64,000 nt of DNA from an uncultured bacterium (GTDB lineage: Bacteria; Chloroflexota; UBA5177; JANWHV01). The notes beneath the pieces were generated by a model. It was given only the letters and a program-made list of their open reading frames with translations, was not told the origin of the DNA and did no database searches. Shown one piece after another: positions 9,454-18,798 of the stretch; the stretch's first letter is position 1; each line of letters starts with the position of its first letter. A program made the position numbers and the translations under genes. The stretch is taken from positions 704,001-768,000 of the forward strand of contig CAWHAE010000010.1 of NCBI GenBank assembly GCA_963827235.1, given 5' to 3'.

Positions 9454-10920
9454 ATGGCAATCGGCAGAGTTACGTCACCAGGTAAGGTGGGCGTCATGAT
9501 CGTGGGTCACAGAGAGTATTGGCCCCAGTTTCCTGGCCAGCGGGAAGAACAATGCAAGTCCGGGGAGACTTTCGAAGCTCTGCTGGAACGATGCGGCGCG
9601 GAGGTGATCCGGTATTATGCCGACGACGGCACTCAAATGCTCGACACCCCGGAGGAAGCATTCAGAGCGGGCATCTTCTTCAAGAAGAATGACATTGATC
9701 TCTGCTTTATCTACCTTCCCGGCTATGTCGCATCCGGGCGCTATCTGATCGGCGCGAAGCAGCTTTGCTGCCCGATTGTTCTGATCGGATATCAAGTTCA
9801 TACGGAGCTCGGGCAGACATCGGTTCACGAATCGACCTCCAAGGGCGGGCCGTGTTGCGTCACAGAAGCGTACAACGCGCTCCAGCGCTGCGGCATCGAG
9901 CCTGCCGATTTCATCTTCGGCCGCCTGTTAGGATCGTGGTACGCCAACAAGATGGAAAAGCAGGTAAACGAGTGGTGCCGCGTCGCGGATATTCTGCGCG
10001 CGTACAAGGGCGCGATTTTCGGTCAGATGGGGCATATCTACGAGGGTATGCTAGATATGAACTTCGACCCAACCACCTTCACGCGCACATTTGGAGTCCA
10101 TATACGCATGCTAGAGATGTGCGAGCTCGTTGAGTACGTAAAGGGGGCGACCCAAGCGGAGATCAAGGCGAAGGTGGATGAGATCAACGAGACATTCACT
10201 TTCCTGGATCCGTCGTACGATCCGACCACCGTTCCGGTTGAGCAGAAGGACGTCGACTGGGCCGCACAATGCGCCGTGGGTCTGGAAAAACTGGTCCGCA
10301 ACAACAACCTGTCTGGTATGGCCTACTATTATGAAGGCCGCGACAACTACTACGAGGCGGTCGCTTCCAACCTGATCATCGGTAACTCTCTGCTTGAATC
10401 CGAGGGAATCCCGCTGGCCGGGGAATCGGACATGAAGACCTGCATGTCCATGTACACCACGTCGTCACTCGGCGGCGGCGGCTCCTTTGCCGAATACGGC
10501 GTCGACCTGGAGGACGACGTCATGCTGGTCGGACACGACGGCCCGCATGATATCCGGATCAGCGACGGCAAGCCGACCATCCGTGGGCTTGGCCTGTATC
10601 ACGGCAAACGCGGTCACGGCATTTCGGTTGAATTCAGCCTGAAGACTGGCCCGATCACCATGCTCGGCCTGAGCAGCGATGTGCGCGGGCGCTTCAAGTT
10701 CATCAGCGCCGAGGCCGAGAGCCAGCGCGGTCCCATTCCGTTGATGGGCAACTCCCTTACCAGGGCCGCTCTGAACAGAGACGTGGGGCAGTTTGTGGTC
10801 GACTGGGCGAAAGCGGGCAACACACACCATCTCGGCCTCTCGATCGGGCACAACGCGGGAATCATCGAGAAGCTGTGCAAGACGCTGCCCTATCTCGATT
10901 ACGTCCATGTCACCAACTGA
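9454..10920 (+). CDS. L-arabinose/L-fucose isomerase-family sugar isomerase, paralogue 1
   Basis: YWPQFPG, GHIYEGMLDM, AGESDMKT, SFAE, GHDGPH, THH; SD AAGGAG. Confidence 0.85.
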   Translation: MAIGRVTSPGKVGVMIVGHREYWPQFPGQREEQCKSGETFEALLERCGAEVIRYYADDGTQMLDTPEEAFRAGIFFKKNDIDLCFIYLPGYVASGRYLIGAKQLCCPIVLIGYQVHTELGQTSVHESTSKGGPCCVTEAYNALQRCGIEPADFIFGRLLGSWYANKMEKQVNEWCRVADILRAYKGAIFGQMGHIYEGMLDMNFDPTTFTRTFGVHIRMLEMCELVEYVKGATQAEIKAKVDEINETFTFLDPSYDPTTVPVEQKDVDWAAQCAVGLEKLVRNNNLSGMAYYYEGRDNYYEAVASNLIIGNSLLESEGIPLAGESDMKTCMSMYTTSSLGGGGSFAEYGVDLEDDVMLVGHDGPHDIRISDGKPTIRGLGLYHGKRGHGISVEFSLKTGPITMLGLSSDVRGRFKFISAEAESQRGPIPLMGNSLTRAALNRDVGQFVVDWAKAGNTHHLGLSIGHNAGIIEKLCKTLPYLDYVHVTN

Positions 10921-12364
10921 TCTCAGTCTCCCGGCACCATCGAGAAAAGCGACGATCGGCGTCATGGTATGCGGCCACAAGGAATACTGGCCGCAGTTCC
11001 CCGGCTTGAAGGAAGAGCTGCTGCTCAACGCTTCTGTATTCACGGGTTACGTGCAAGACAGCGGTGTCGGGCAGGTGATCAGCCGCTTTGTGGACACGGT
11101 CGAGGATGCGTATGCGTTCGGGGTCGAGCTGAAGACACGCGACGTGGATCTGCTTTTCATCTATCTGACCACGTACGTGGCGTCTGGCCGCTACATCCAG
11201 GGCGCTCTCCGTGCGGACTGTCCCGTCGTCCTCGTGGGCCTGCAGCGGCCGATTGACCTGTCACAGGAATTCACGCTACAGACAATGACCGGGGCCGGTT
11301 CGCCCTGCCAGATGCCGGAGGCCTACAGCGCGTTCGTGAGGTGCGGAAGGCCGGCCGTCGACATCATTTTCGGAGAGCTGTACCACGACGAACGCGTCAA
11401 GCGCAGGGTCAGGGAATGGTGCAGCGCGGCCAACGCGAAGAGCGCGTTCAGGGGCGCCATATTCGGCTACCTGGGGCACACGTACGAAGGCATGCTGGAC
11501 ATGAACTTCGACCCCACGACCGTGACATGGGCATTCGGCGCCCATGTTCGAATGTTGGAAATGTGCGAGCTGGTGACCTACATCGAACACGCCTCCGAGC
11601 CGGAGCTCGATCAGAAACTGCAGCAGATTCGCGCAACCTTCGATATCGTGGAGCAAAGCCCGGATCCGACGACCAAGCCAGTCGAGCAGGAGGATCTGGT
11701 CTGGGCGGCTAAGGTCTCGGTTGGCGTGGACAAGCTCGTGCTCGGCAACCGCCTTTCAGGGCTGGCTTACTACTACATGGGCGAGAACAACAGCATCTAC
11801 GAGCGTGCCGCCTCCAACCTGACAGTCGGGAATTCCCTGCTGATGGCAAACGGCATCTCCATGGCCGGTGAAGGCGATATGAAAACCTGCCTGGCAATGT
11901 ATCTGACGAGTGCGCTGGGATGCGGAGGCTCGTTTGCCGAGTTGTGCTCGGTCGATTTCGACGCGGATATCGTCATCGTCGGCCATGACGGGCCTCATGA
12001 TATCCGCATTGGGAACCGCAGACCGCAGATTCGGGGATTGAACCTGCTGCACGGCAAGAAGGGCTATGGCGTGTCGGTCGAATTCTCGATCCGCCACGGC
12101 GACATGACGATGGTCGGAATCGGATCGGACGACACCGGTACCTTTCGTATCATCGTCGCGGAAGGCGAAAGCCAGGCCGGATGGGTTCCGCCTATCGGCA
12201 ACACGCTGACGCGCGCCCATTTCGGTCCGAACGTGGCGGGATTTGTGGAGGACTGGTGCAGAGCGGGGCCCTGTCATCATATGTCCCTGTGCGTAGGCCA
12301 CTGCGGCGAGATGATCGACAAATTCGGCAAGCTGACGGGGATCGACGTGGTGCACGTCAGATAG
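10907..12364 (+). CDS. L-arabinose/L-fucose isomerase-family sugar isomerase, paralogue 2
   Basis: Same motifs (YWPQFPG, GHTYEGMLDM, AGEGDMKT, SFAE, GHDGPH, CHH); ATG at 10907 overlaps the end of paralogue 1. Confidence 0.85.
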   Translation: MSPTDLSLPAPSRKATIGVMVCGHKEYWPQFPGLKEELLLNASVFTGYVQDSGVGQVISRFVDTVEDAYAFGVELKTRDVDLLFIYLTTYVASGRYIQGALRADCPVVLVGLQRPIDLSQEFTLQTMTGAGSPCQMPEAYSAFVRCGRPAVDIIFGELYHDERVKRRVREWCSAANAKSAFRGAIFGYLGHTYEGMLDMNFDPTTVTWAFGAHVRMLEMCELVTYIEHASEPELDQKLQQIRATFDIVEQSPDPTTKPVEQEDLVWAAKVSVGVDKLVLGNRLSGLAYYYMGENNSIYERAASNLTVGNSLLMANGISMAGEGDMKTCLAMYLTSALGCGGSFAELCSVDFDADIVIVGHDGPHDIRIGNRRPQIRGLNLLHGKKGYGVSVEFSIRHGDMTMVGIGSDDTGTFRIIVAEGESQAGWVPPIGNTLTRAHFGPNVAGFVEDWCRAGPCHHMSLCVGHCGEMIDKFGKLTGIDVVHVR

Positions 12365-12706
12365 GACTCGAAGAAGCGTAGCAGTTGTTCAGGCGGAACG
12401 ATCTCTTGGCTTCAGGGCATCTTTCGGTGCCGGAGACCGGGATCGAATCACCGGCTCGGGCATCCGAATGCCAGGTAGGACGGAGGCTCTGAGCCGCTTC
12501 CCGCAGAACAGGATGCGCAAGCCACTCGTGCGGTTGCCCCGCCACGGCGCAGGCACTACGGTACAGCGAGGAGGGACGTTCCGCTTGCAGACGGACGTGA
12601 AAGTGCCGGCATACCGGCGTGATGGCCGGCCCGCGGTGCCGCCGGCCCGCAGTCCGGCCTGCCGGCCAATGCCCAAGATCACGTGGAGTCGGCGGACACG
12701 GAGCAG

Positions 12707-13804
12707 ATGAGTCGCGCGCCAGATCGCCGGAAAGGTGAAGCCGACGCAGTATCCCGGTCGAACAGCATTGCCTTCGTGCGCTTTGTCCTGGCCTCCCTCG
12801 TGGTGCTGGGGCATTTCTTCGATCTCAACCACCTACCGGGCGAGCCGGTGTGCGTTTTCAGCCACGGGCAGACGTCTTTCGGCACGCTCGCCGTGGCGGG
12901 ATTCTTCGCGCTCAGCGGCTACCTGATCACGCGAAGCTATGCCCATGCCGCCTCGCCGTGGCGCTATCTCTGGCACCGTTTCCTGCGCATCATGCCCGGA
13001 TACTGGATCTGCCTGCTGGTCACAGGGCTGGTTCTTGGGCCCCTGGCGAACCTACTCGAGTACGGCACACTGGCAGGATACGTGGGACGTCAGGACTGGA
13101 CGGCGTGGACGTACATTCGCAGCAACGCTCTGCTCACCATCAACACGCACCGCATCGGCGACATCTTCGCCCGCAATCCCCTGGCCTACACGGTCAACGA
13201 TTCGCTCTGGACGCTCGAGGTGGAGTTTCGTTGCTATCTGGGCGTGATGCTGCTGGGAGCCTTCCGCTTCGCGCCGGGGGCGTCGCGATTGTTGCCCGCG
13301 GTGCCGCTCGGCCTGTGGCTCGCGTACGCTACCGGAGCAGAGCACCTGGGCCAGAGCTGGCTTCTTCCCCACTCTGCCTACGCCGGGCCGTACGCCTTCT
13401 TTGCTGCCGGCGCCTCGCTCTACGTCTACCGAGCGCGCCTGCGGCTGACCACCCCGGCTTTCTGGATCTGCGTGGTTGCCACGCTGTGTTGCCTGCACTA
13501 CGGCTTCATGCGGGCGGTATTGCCTCTGGGCTGGTCGTACCTAGTGCTCTACCTGGCGGAACGCTTGCCGTTCCACCGCTTCGACCGCTACGGCGATCTC
13601 TCGTACGGCATCTACATCTACGCGTTTCCCATCCAGCAGATTATCGCGGCGTCGGCCATCCGGCAGATTGGCCCCGCGGCGAGCCTGGCGGCGACGATCG
13701 TGCTCACCCTGCCGGCGGCGTTGCTGAGCTGGCACCTGGTCGAGAAACCCGCGCTGCGACTGAAGAATCTGCAGTTTCCCGCCCCGAGTGCCGAAAGCAC
13801 CTGA
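12707..13804 (+). CDS. Acyltransferase-3 family membrane O-acyltransferase
   Basis: RFVLASLVVLGH, AVAGFFALSGYLI, RFLRIMPGY, LWTLEVE, DLSYGIYIY, SWHLVEKP. Confidence 0.9.
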   Translation: MSRAPDRRKGEADAVSRSNSIAFVRFVLASLVVLGHFFDLNHLPGEPVCVFSHGQTSFGTLAVAGFFALSGYLITRSYAHAASPWRYLWHRFLRIMPGYWICLLVTGLVLGPLANLLEYGTLAGYVGRQDWTAWTYIRSNALLTINTHRIGDIFARNPLAYTVNDSLWTLEVEFRCYLGVMLLGAFRFAPGASRLLPAVPLGLWLAYATGAEHLGQSWLLPHSAYAGPYAFFAAGASLYVYRARLRLTTPAFWICVVATLCCLHYGFMRAVLPLGWSYLVLYLAERLPFHRFDRYGDLSYGIYIYAFPIQQIIAASAIRQIGPAASLAATIVLTLPAALLSWHLVEKPALRLKNLQFPAPSAEST

Positions 13805-13838
13805 CGGCACGCCGCGAGTGGCTCGGCGTGCCGTCAGG
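13800..13838. terminator. Stem-loop between convergent genes
   Basis: 15-bp inverted repeat CCTGACGGCACGCCG...CGGCGTGCCGTCAGG. Confidence 0.6.
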
Positions 13839-13858
13839 TTGTGGGCCGCCATCCGAGC

Positions 13859-14932
13859 CTAGATGCCGGATCCGGTCGGGGACTCGCCAGAGGTCGAGCC
13901 GTGGCCGGGCTGACCGGGAACGCCGTAACCGCCTCCGGTCGCGCCACCTCCCCGGCTGCCATGGCCGGCGAAGCCGCCGCGCCCGGTCGGCATTACCGTG
14001 ATGCGCAGCGCAGTCATGGACTTGCCGTCCGCGCTCAGCGTGCCCTCCGCTACGATGTAAGTGCCCTTCGCTATCGTGGATGGCTTCACGGCGGTGCCGG
14101 CCGTGTCGAAGTAGGTCGTGCTCTCGGTCGTAGTTACCGTCTCGGTGCTGGTGCCCGAGCGGCTCGCGCTGGAGATAGTGATGGTGCTTCCGGACACCGC
14201 GGTCACCTGGCCGAGCAGGCGCGGCGTCTCGATGACCACGCGCAGCGCGCTGAGCGAGCCGTCGGCGGCCGTGGTGCCCTCGGCCTCGATCGCGGTGCCG
14301 GTGCTTATGTCGGACAGCGACGCGGCCTGACCCGCCCTCGTATAGGTCGTGCTGCCGCTCACCGTCACGGTGCGAGACGTGCTGTTGAAGCTACTCAGCG
14401 TGATCGTGCTGCCGCTTACCTTGGTTACCACGCCGAATTCCGTAGGCAGGATCACCTGGATGGCGGTTGCCGTGATCGCGGTCGGCGAGCTTCGCGTGCC
14501 CTGCACGGCAATGCGGTCGCCCTTGGCGATTTGACTCAGCGTGATGCCGGCTCCAGCGCGAGTGTACTTGGTGCTGCTCGTGACCGTGATGGTAACCGTT
14601 TGGCCGGCACGCGCCGTTGCCTTGATCGTGTCCCCGCTTATGCTGGAGACGGTCAGACCGCCGGCAAACCTCCCGGCCATAGCCATGCCGCCTCCGAACC
14701 GCCCGCCACCCATCGCCTGGGCGTTCGTGGCGGCAACGGCGTTGTCCGACGCGAGACTGGCCGCGACGCCAGCGCTGCCCGTCGCGCCCGCCGACGACGT
14801 CGCGCCGCCATGCACCGCAGCCAGGGCGCCGGCCACGAGGGTCACCGCCACGATGCCTGTAATGAGGCGCCGGCGCCGCGGGCGGCCGGCAGTCACCTGA
14901 TTCGCGGTCTCGAGTTGTTCCGATTGTGCCAT
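13859..14932 (-). CDS. Secreted DUF5666-like protein with three repeated beta domains
   Basis: RRRR plus hydrophobic signal; three repeats of G.VT.VSGSTIT...T.Y...I..G..I..EGT; Gly-rich linkers; ATG at 14932 after GAAAGG. Confidence 0.7.
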   Translation of the reverse strand: MAQSEQLETANQVTAGRPRRRRLITGIVAVTLVAGALAAVHGGATSSAGATGSAGVAASLASDNAVAATNAQAMGGGRFGGGMAMAGRFAGGLTVSSISGDTIKATARAGQTVTITVTSSTKYTRAGAGITLSQIAKGDRIAVQGTRSSPTAITATAIQVILPTEFGVVTKVSGSTITLSSFNSTSRTVTVSGSTTYTRAGQAASLSDISTGTAIEAEGTTAADGSLSALRVVIETPRLLGQVTAVSGSTITISSASRSGTSTETVTTTESTTYFDTAGTAVKPSTIAKGTYIVAEGTLSADGKSMTALRITVMPTGRGGFAGHGSRGGGATGGGYGVPGQPGHGSTSGESPTGSGI

Positions 14933-14995
14933 TGCGAGCCTGCCTTTCAATGTGGCAGAAAAGATAGTTGACGTGTAATCAGCCGCTACACTTGA

Positions 14996-15029
14996 ACCGT
15001 AACATCGCTCTATGACATCACAGTGACAG
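14996..15029 (-). promoter_or_regulatory. Pho-box-like (OmpR/PhoB family) direct repeat with -10 element upstream of the DUF5666 gene
   Basis: Minus strand reads CTGTCAC-TGTG-ATGTCAT (11-bp period), 10 nt, then TACGGT. Confidence 0.45.
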
Positions 15030-15084
15030 GCGCGTGAAGAAGTGTTAACCGGCCCCAACACCTTGACCCGAGCAGGCTAACGCG

Positions 15085-15120
15085 CGGGACCGGGAGCGGC
15101 AACTGCCGCTCCCGGTCCCG
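15085..15120. terminator. Strong stem-loop downstream of the GH26 gene
   Basis: 17-bp inverted repeat CGGGACCGGGAGCGGCA-ac-TGCCGCTCCCGGTCCCG. Confidence 0.65.
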
Positions 15121-15178
15121 AACAGAGTCATGATCCGGCTCCGGAAACCGTGGGGCTCCCCACTTTCAGGCGACGCGG

Positions 15179-16549
15179 TTAGCTCACGCTCCCCTGATAG
15201 AGTGGCGAGGTAACGACGTTACGGAATGCAGCCAGCGACGACGCCGACGAATTGACTCGCCAGTCGTAGTCCAGATTCCAATCGAACCAGACCACGGCTC
15301 GAATGCGCGGGAACGACTGCGGAATGGTGTTCAGCAAGCCCTGCGTGATCCAGTCTGCCTTGCTGCCGCCTTGCTCGACCGATGCCACCTCGGAGAGCAT
15401 CATCGGCCTGCTGCCCAGCGCACTAGCTTCCTGATACGAGGCCCCGAACACGGTCGCCAGCGACTGCCATATCTGTCCCGTATTGCTGCCTCGGTTGTAG
15501 CCGTCCAATGCCACCCAGTCGACGTACGAGTCCCCGGGATAGTCCTGCGCCATGGGCGTGAAGCCTGATGCCGAGGTATTGGCCGACCAGACCCAGCGCA
15601 CGTTGGTGGCGCCCACGCTGGTGAAGATGTCGTGCACGTGTCGCCACATGTTCACGTAGTCGGCCGGGCTGTTGCCGTTTGGGTTCCCGGCCCCCGTGCT
15701 CCAGGGAAACCATTTGCCGTTCATCTCGTGCGCGAAGCGCAACAGGAACGGGTGTCCCCAGGCCTGGGCGGCAACAGCGAACTGGCGGATGTAGCCGTCG
15801 AAGGCACCGCTTGCCACCGCTTTGTCCGTGTACGAGGGCTGGTAGGCTCCTTGAGTGTCGTCCTCGGGCATCCAGGTCCACATCGGCATGGTGCCGTTGG
15901 CCACGAGGTAGTTCATCATGGTCGGATCAAAGTTCGGCGAATGGACGAAATCCGATCCGACGTTGACGATGGCAGGCATTCTTCCGACCAAGCCCGCGTA
16001 CCAACCCAGCAGGCCGGATCCGGGATACACGGAGGTACCGTTGTCCTTGATCGTGGCACCCAGGGCGATACCGCCGCTCGTGGAGGCCGCCGTGCTGCCG
16101 AGCACGGCAAGCGATTGTACCGGCGTAACGGCATGCCAGACCCCGTCGGTCGTCTCGTAGCTGCCGAACAGAGTCCAGGTTCCGGCGGGATCGGCCGCCG
16201 TAAACGTGCGGCTCCGCTGCAACAGGACCGTCTGTCCGGCACCGACTGAGAGGCCCCAGATGCCTCCGAAGTCGGCATTGGCGCCACCGGGAGTCCGCGC
16301 GGCAATAACAATGCCGCTCAGGTTTATGGTACTGCTGCTTTGATTCTGCAGGGCGAGCGTCGCCGTCACCTGACCGCCAGGCGCGACCGTGCTCGTGGAG
16401 AGGGTAAGCGGTGAGCTGACTGCCACGGCCAGGGATTCCTGACTTGCGAAAGCGGCCGGCCCCGGCTTCGCCAGCAACACGACGACGTTGCAGGCGAGGA
16501 GCGCCGCCAGCACGAGACGCGCCGGGCCATGAAGTCCCAAGCTTGCCAT
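15179..16549 (-). CDS. Secreted GH26 glycoside hydrolase (beta-mannanase-like) with N-terminal Ig-like domain
   Basis: LRFAHEMNGKWFPW (acid/base), YPGDSYVDWVALDGYN, PMMLSE (nucleophile). Confidence 0.88.
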   Translation of the reverse strand: MASLGLHGPARLVLAALLACNVVVLLAKPGPAAFASQESLAVAVSSPLTLSTSTVAPGGQVTATLALQNQSSSTINLSGIVIAARTPGGANADFGGIWGLSVGAGQTVLLQRSRTFTAADPAGTWTLFGSYETTDGVWHAVTPVQSLAVLGSTAASTSGGIALGATIKDNGTSVYPGSGLLGWYAGLVGRMPAIVNVGSDFVHSPNFDPTMMNYLVANGTMPMWTWMPEDDTQGAYQPSYTDKAVASGAFDGYIRQFAVAAQAWGHPFLLRFAHEMNGKWFPWSTGAGNPNGNSPADYVNMWRHVHDIFTSVGATNVRWVWSANTSASGFTPMAQDYPGDSYVDWVALDGYNRGSNTGQIWQSLATVFGASYQEASALGSRPMMLSEVASVEQGGSKADWITQGLLNTIPQSFPRIRAVVWFDWNLDYDWRVNSSASSLAAFRNVVTSPLYQGSVS

Positions 16550-17568
16550 GTATGCTACCTTCCTCTAGGACATAGAGCGTGACCGCATGAACCTGGTGCC
16601 GCTGCGGCAGAGTCTACTCGGTTAGGAAAGGTCTCTTGCGGGATTCGCGGGATCTGATGCTGCACCGGCATCGTGCCGGACGCCACCGTGGCGCAAGTCG
16701 ATCGGCAGGCGAATCCAGGGTGCTGCAAGCGGAAAGCAACCTCACCAATGGGCGCGATCGCACCAACTCGCAGACCGCAGCCTTCGCCGCGGCCCACCGC
16801 GTTGCCGGTCGGCGGATCGGGACACGCTGGCCGGAGACGTGCCCCTCTCGTCATGTGCTGCACGACATCGGGCAGCCCTATCGGCAGGCGCCGCTCGTCT
16901 GCCACAAACGTTACCCACGGTAGCGGCCGAGACCGTACTCGTCAACCGGGATCGAGCCTGAGGCGCCCCTTCTTCCAAGCAATACACACTGATTTGACAG
17001 TGTATACGCAGTTTTGCCATGGTTCTACCTGGCGAACAGCGTGCTCATGCGTAGCTGCCGGAGAATGCCGCCTGTAGTCGCGCCAAGGCGGAACTCGCAG
17101 GGGCGGAGTGAACTCGGCGCTTGGCGGCACCCGCGGGCGGGTCCCCGTAGTCACCCCACGATGAATCGTGCAGCATCTGGTGGGAGCGCGGCCAGTCTAG
17201 TGCCCGGCGTGGCTTGCATTCAGGGCGAGCAATCTGAAGCCGGGGCAGAGGCTAGCTCAAGATTTGTCGCGACGCCAGACAGTCATTCGAAGCGGCGCGG
17301 GAAGCATACTCGAATGTGGCGCGTCGCCGGCGTCCACCGGGCCGGCAGGCGAGAGGGCTTTCCGGATGCCCCCGCGAGGTAGTCGTGTATCATCGACATC
17401 GGCTCGTCATGACGGCGGCGATGGGAACAAGCAATAACGCCGCGTCTACACCATGCCGCCACTGGGACGCGGTGCGCCCGTCTCAGCCGTCGCTCGCCGT
17501 ACCAACACGCCTGGTGATCAGCCCAGGGCAGGATACGGGGGAGCAGTTTGTCATGGAAGGGAAATCAC

Positions 17569-18375
17569 GTGGGCATCGGCAAGCAGATCCGCATCAACAG
17601 GATATTTGCTCACCAATCCGGGAGGCTGTGCTCGGTCGCGGTCGACCACTTTATCGGCTATGGCGAGGGCCTGCCGGCCGGGCTACGCCATATCAGGCAG
17701 ACGCTCGACGCCGTGCTGCAGGCGAGGCCCGACGCGGTGACGATGCATAAAGGCATTGCCCTCGCGCTGTGGTCCCCGTACGCGGGCACAGTGCCGCTCA
17801 TCCTGCAAACCTCTGCTGTCAGGGTCGACGACAGCGCCTGCGAGCAGATCGCCACCGCGGATGACGCCCTCCGGCTGGGGGCGGACGCGGTCGCCGTTGC
17901 CGCGTTCGTGCGCGGCGACACCGAGACGGCGCACCTGAGGATGGTGGCCGACGTCGTGCGTGCGGCGGAGCGCTTCGATCTGCCAGTGATCTGCCACATC
18001 TATCCGCGCACCTTTGCCGGCTCCCCTCAGGTGTCGTTCGAGCCCGAGGATGTCGCCTGGGCGACCCGTTGCGCCGTGGAGGTGGGTGCCGACGTCGTGA
18101 AGACGCCGTTCTGCGGCGACCCAGTGGCGCAAGCGCAGATTGCTTCCGACTGTCCAGTGCCGCTTGTAGCCGCCGGCGGACCGGCCGCGCCGACCCTCGA
18201 GGCTTCGCTCTCCATGATGGCCGGCGCAGTTCGCGGCGGTATGCGTGGCGCAACCATCGGTCGCAACATCTGGAACTCCCCGCAGGTAACGGCCACCGTG
18301 CGCGCGTTCAAAGCGGTGATTCACGATGGCATCGCGCCGCGAGCCGCGCTCGAAGAGCTTACATCCGCGCGCTGA
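17569..18375 (+). CDS. DhnA/LsrF-type class I aldolase
   Basis: VAVDH, ALRLGADAV, EVGADVVKT (Schiff-base Lys), AAGG, GRNIW; GTG start after GGAAGGG. Confidence 0.85.
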   Translation: MGIGKQIRINRIFAHQSGRLCSVAVDHFIGYGEGLPAGLRHIRQTLDAVLQARPDAVTMHKGIALALWSPYAGTVPLILQTSAVRVDDSACEQIATADDALRLGADAVAVAAFVRGDTETAHLRMVADVVRAAERFDLPVICHIYPRTFAGSPQVSFEPEDVAWATRCAVEVGADVVKTPFCGDPVAQAQIASDCPVPLVAAGGPAAPTLEASLSMMAGAVRGGMRGATIGRNIWNSPQVTATVRAFKAVIHDGIAPRAALEELTSAR

Positions 18376-18798
18376 CCTTGACCGGTGCGCCTGTACGCGG
18401 CCGAATTCAAGAGTACGGAGAGATCAAGATTCATCCGGCTTGACCTGTATGTTCGCGGTCCGCAGGGTGACCACTGCGTGGTGGATCGCTGGGCTCGAGC
18501 CACTCGGTGCGCTCCGACGCTGCAGCCTGGGAGGCTCACCACGTTGGCTGGATGCGGAGCTCGGTCCACGTCGCTGTCCAGGCGAGCACGGACAGACCTA
18601 CCGGATGACCCGGTGAGCAGATCAGCGTTTGCCAGTCAAGCTTTCAGGAGGCATCCTAACGTAGCGACGAATTGTATGCGACCCTGCTCGCACCGCGGCG
18701 TGTGTGCAACACATCCGTGGGCGCTTGCGCTCGAACAGCAGCTCCACGCAGGCGCGGTTGCGAGGTGAGTGGTTCCTGCCGAAAAGTGTGTCTCTCTC

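Noticed and set aside
17100-17230. c-di-AMP (ydaO) riboswitch-like words GGGGTGA and GGGGACCC on the minus strand
   Set aside because: The elements are in the wrong order and the other conserved motifs are absent.
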